A stretch of DNA of 63,922 nt, counting the filler, from Reclinomonas americana ATCC 50394 (lineage: Eukaryota), in assembly GCA_048213135.1 (NCBI GenBank). It is 24 parts of 24 records of this genome, joined end to end, with 100 filler letters (N's around TTAATTAATTAA, not from the genome) between each part and the next. Parts side by side here need not be neighbours in the genome. Positions count along the whole stretch, not along the records: positions 62,082 to 63,922 come from AFZH01020111.1; 23 more parts are not named here. One strand, written 5' to 3'. Positions 63,301-63,922 of the stretch are shown here, one piece after another; position 1 is the stretch's first letter, and each line of letters begins with the position of its first letter. The notes under the pieces are model-generated. The model saw nothing but the letters and a program-made list of their open reading frames with translations, was not told where the DNA came from and searched no databases. A program made the position numbers and the translations under genes.

Positions 63301-63922
63301 TGGGCGAGTTCATCTCCAGCTCCAGCTCTGCTGTTCCCGCTCACTTGGAGAATGTGCCTCAGCTGTTGGCGTTCTTGGTTGACGTCACACCGATCGCGCT
63401 CGACTACGTGATTACACGCGCACAGACAGCGGACTCGACCGGCGTGCCGATGTCGATCTTGGCCGCACTGGAGAGACTGATGGGAGCGATGATGTGGTCC
63501 GTTCACCTGCTGCGAGTGAGCTCTCCAGAGTTGAACGAAGTAGTCCAACTGCAGACTGGCAATGGTTCGTCTTGTGTCGACTTGCATTTTTCCCCGTGCG
63601 TCGTTGTTCACCCTATTGATATCATGCATGATAATTCGCACAGCAAACATTTTTGCAGAAATCAAGAAGCGTCTGAGCGGCGTAGCGCAGTCGGCGGCTC
63701 TCACTGGCATGGCAGACCGGTTTACCAAGTCTTTGAGACTGTGGTGTGGAGCTTTGACTGCTTTCCTTCGCCGATCGTATGAAGCCATTCTCAAGGATGG
63801 CCGACTTCAAATGCGATGGCAATTGCCACCAAGTAGTGCGCACGATGGCAAGCTTGCAACTGAGAGTTGCGCATACGCTGTTGACTTGATGCCATTCTTG
63901 ATTGCTCACAATTGCAATCTTA
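60309..63922 (+). CDS. Large hypothetical alpha-helical (HEAT/ARM-like composition) multi-exon protein, partial
   Basis: Start MATAAAPPPAL with short GT-AG introns (e.g. 60399-60471), and long L/A-rich open frames at 61593-61981 and 62082-63560; no family recognised; the link across the 61982 gap is inferred. Confidence 0.55.

Overview
This window is a gapped assembly: 24 segments joined by 23 roughly 100-nt spacers of the form N-TTAATTAATTAA-N. Segment 1 (1-2325) is bacterial, in alphaproteobacterial (Hyphomicrobiales-like) style. It holds an AraC-family regulator, a convergent TorF-family outer-membrane protein, terminators and a partial CDS. Everything after 2425 is a compact, intron-rich, microsatellite-rich microbial eukaryote using the standard genetic code, and its genes continue across the gaps in the correct order. 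Recognisable genes: a polyQ CHD-type chromatin remodeller, a PH-domain protein, a PAP2 phosphatase, an ISS1/VAS1-like aminotransferase, two tandem intronless WD40 genes (one frameshifted), RNase H1, an MDR-family oxidoreductase, an aralar/citrin carrier, IGHMBP2, RBM34/Nop12, a NACHT-pentapeptide-WD40 NLR-like gene, an ACSF2-like ligase and a decayed RLE-type non-LTR retrotransposon. The most interesting signals are: (1) a candidate protist immune module (NLR-like receptor plus stand-alone WD40 genes that vary at ligand-face positions); (2) polarised long introns with G/A-rich 5' ends and complementary C/T-rich 3' ends; (3) a three-copy tandem gene family I do not recognise; (4) a possible ATPase-dead kinesin-like protein. 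All calls come from manual translation and motif recognition with no database searches. Exon coordinates are hand-derived and may be off by a few bases.
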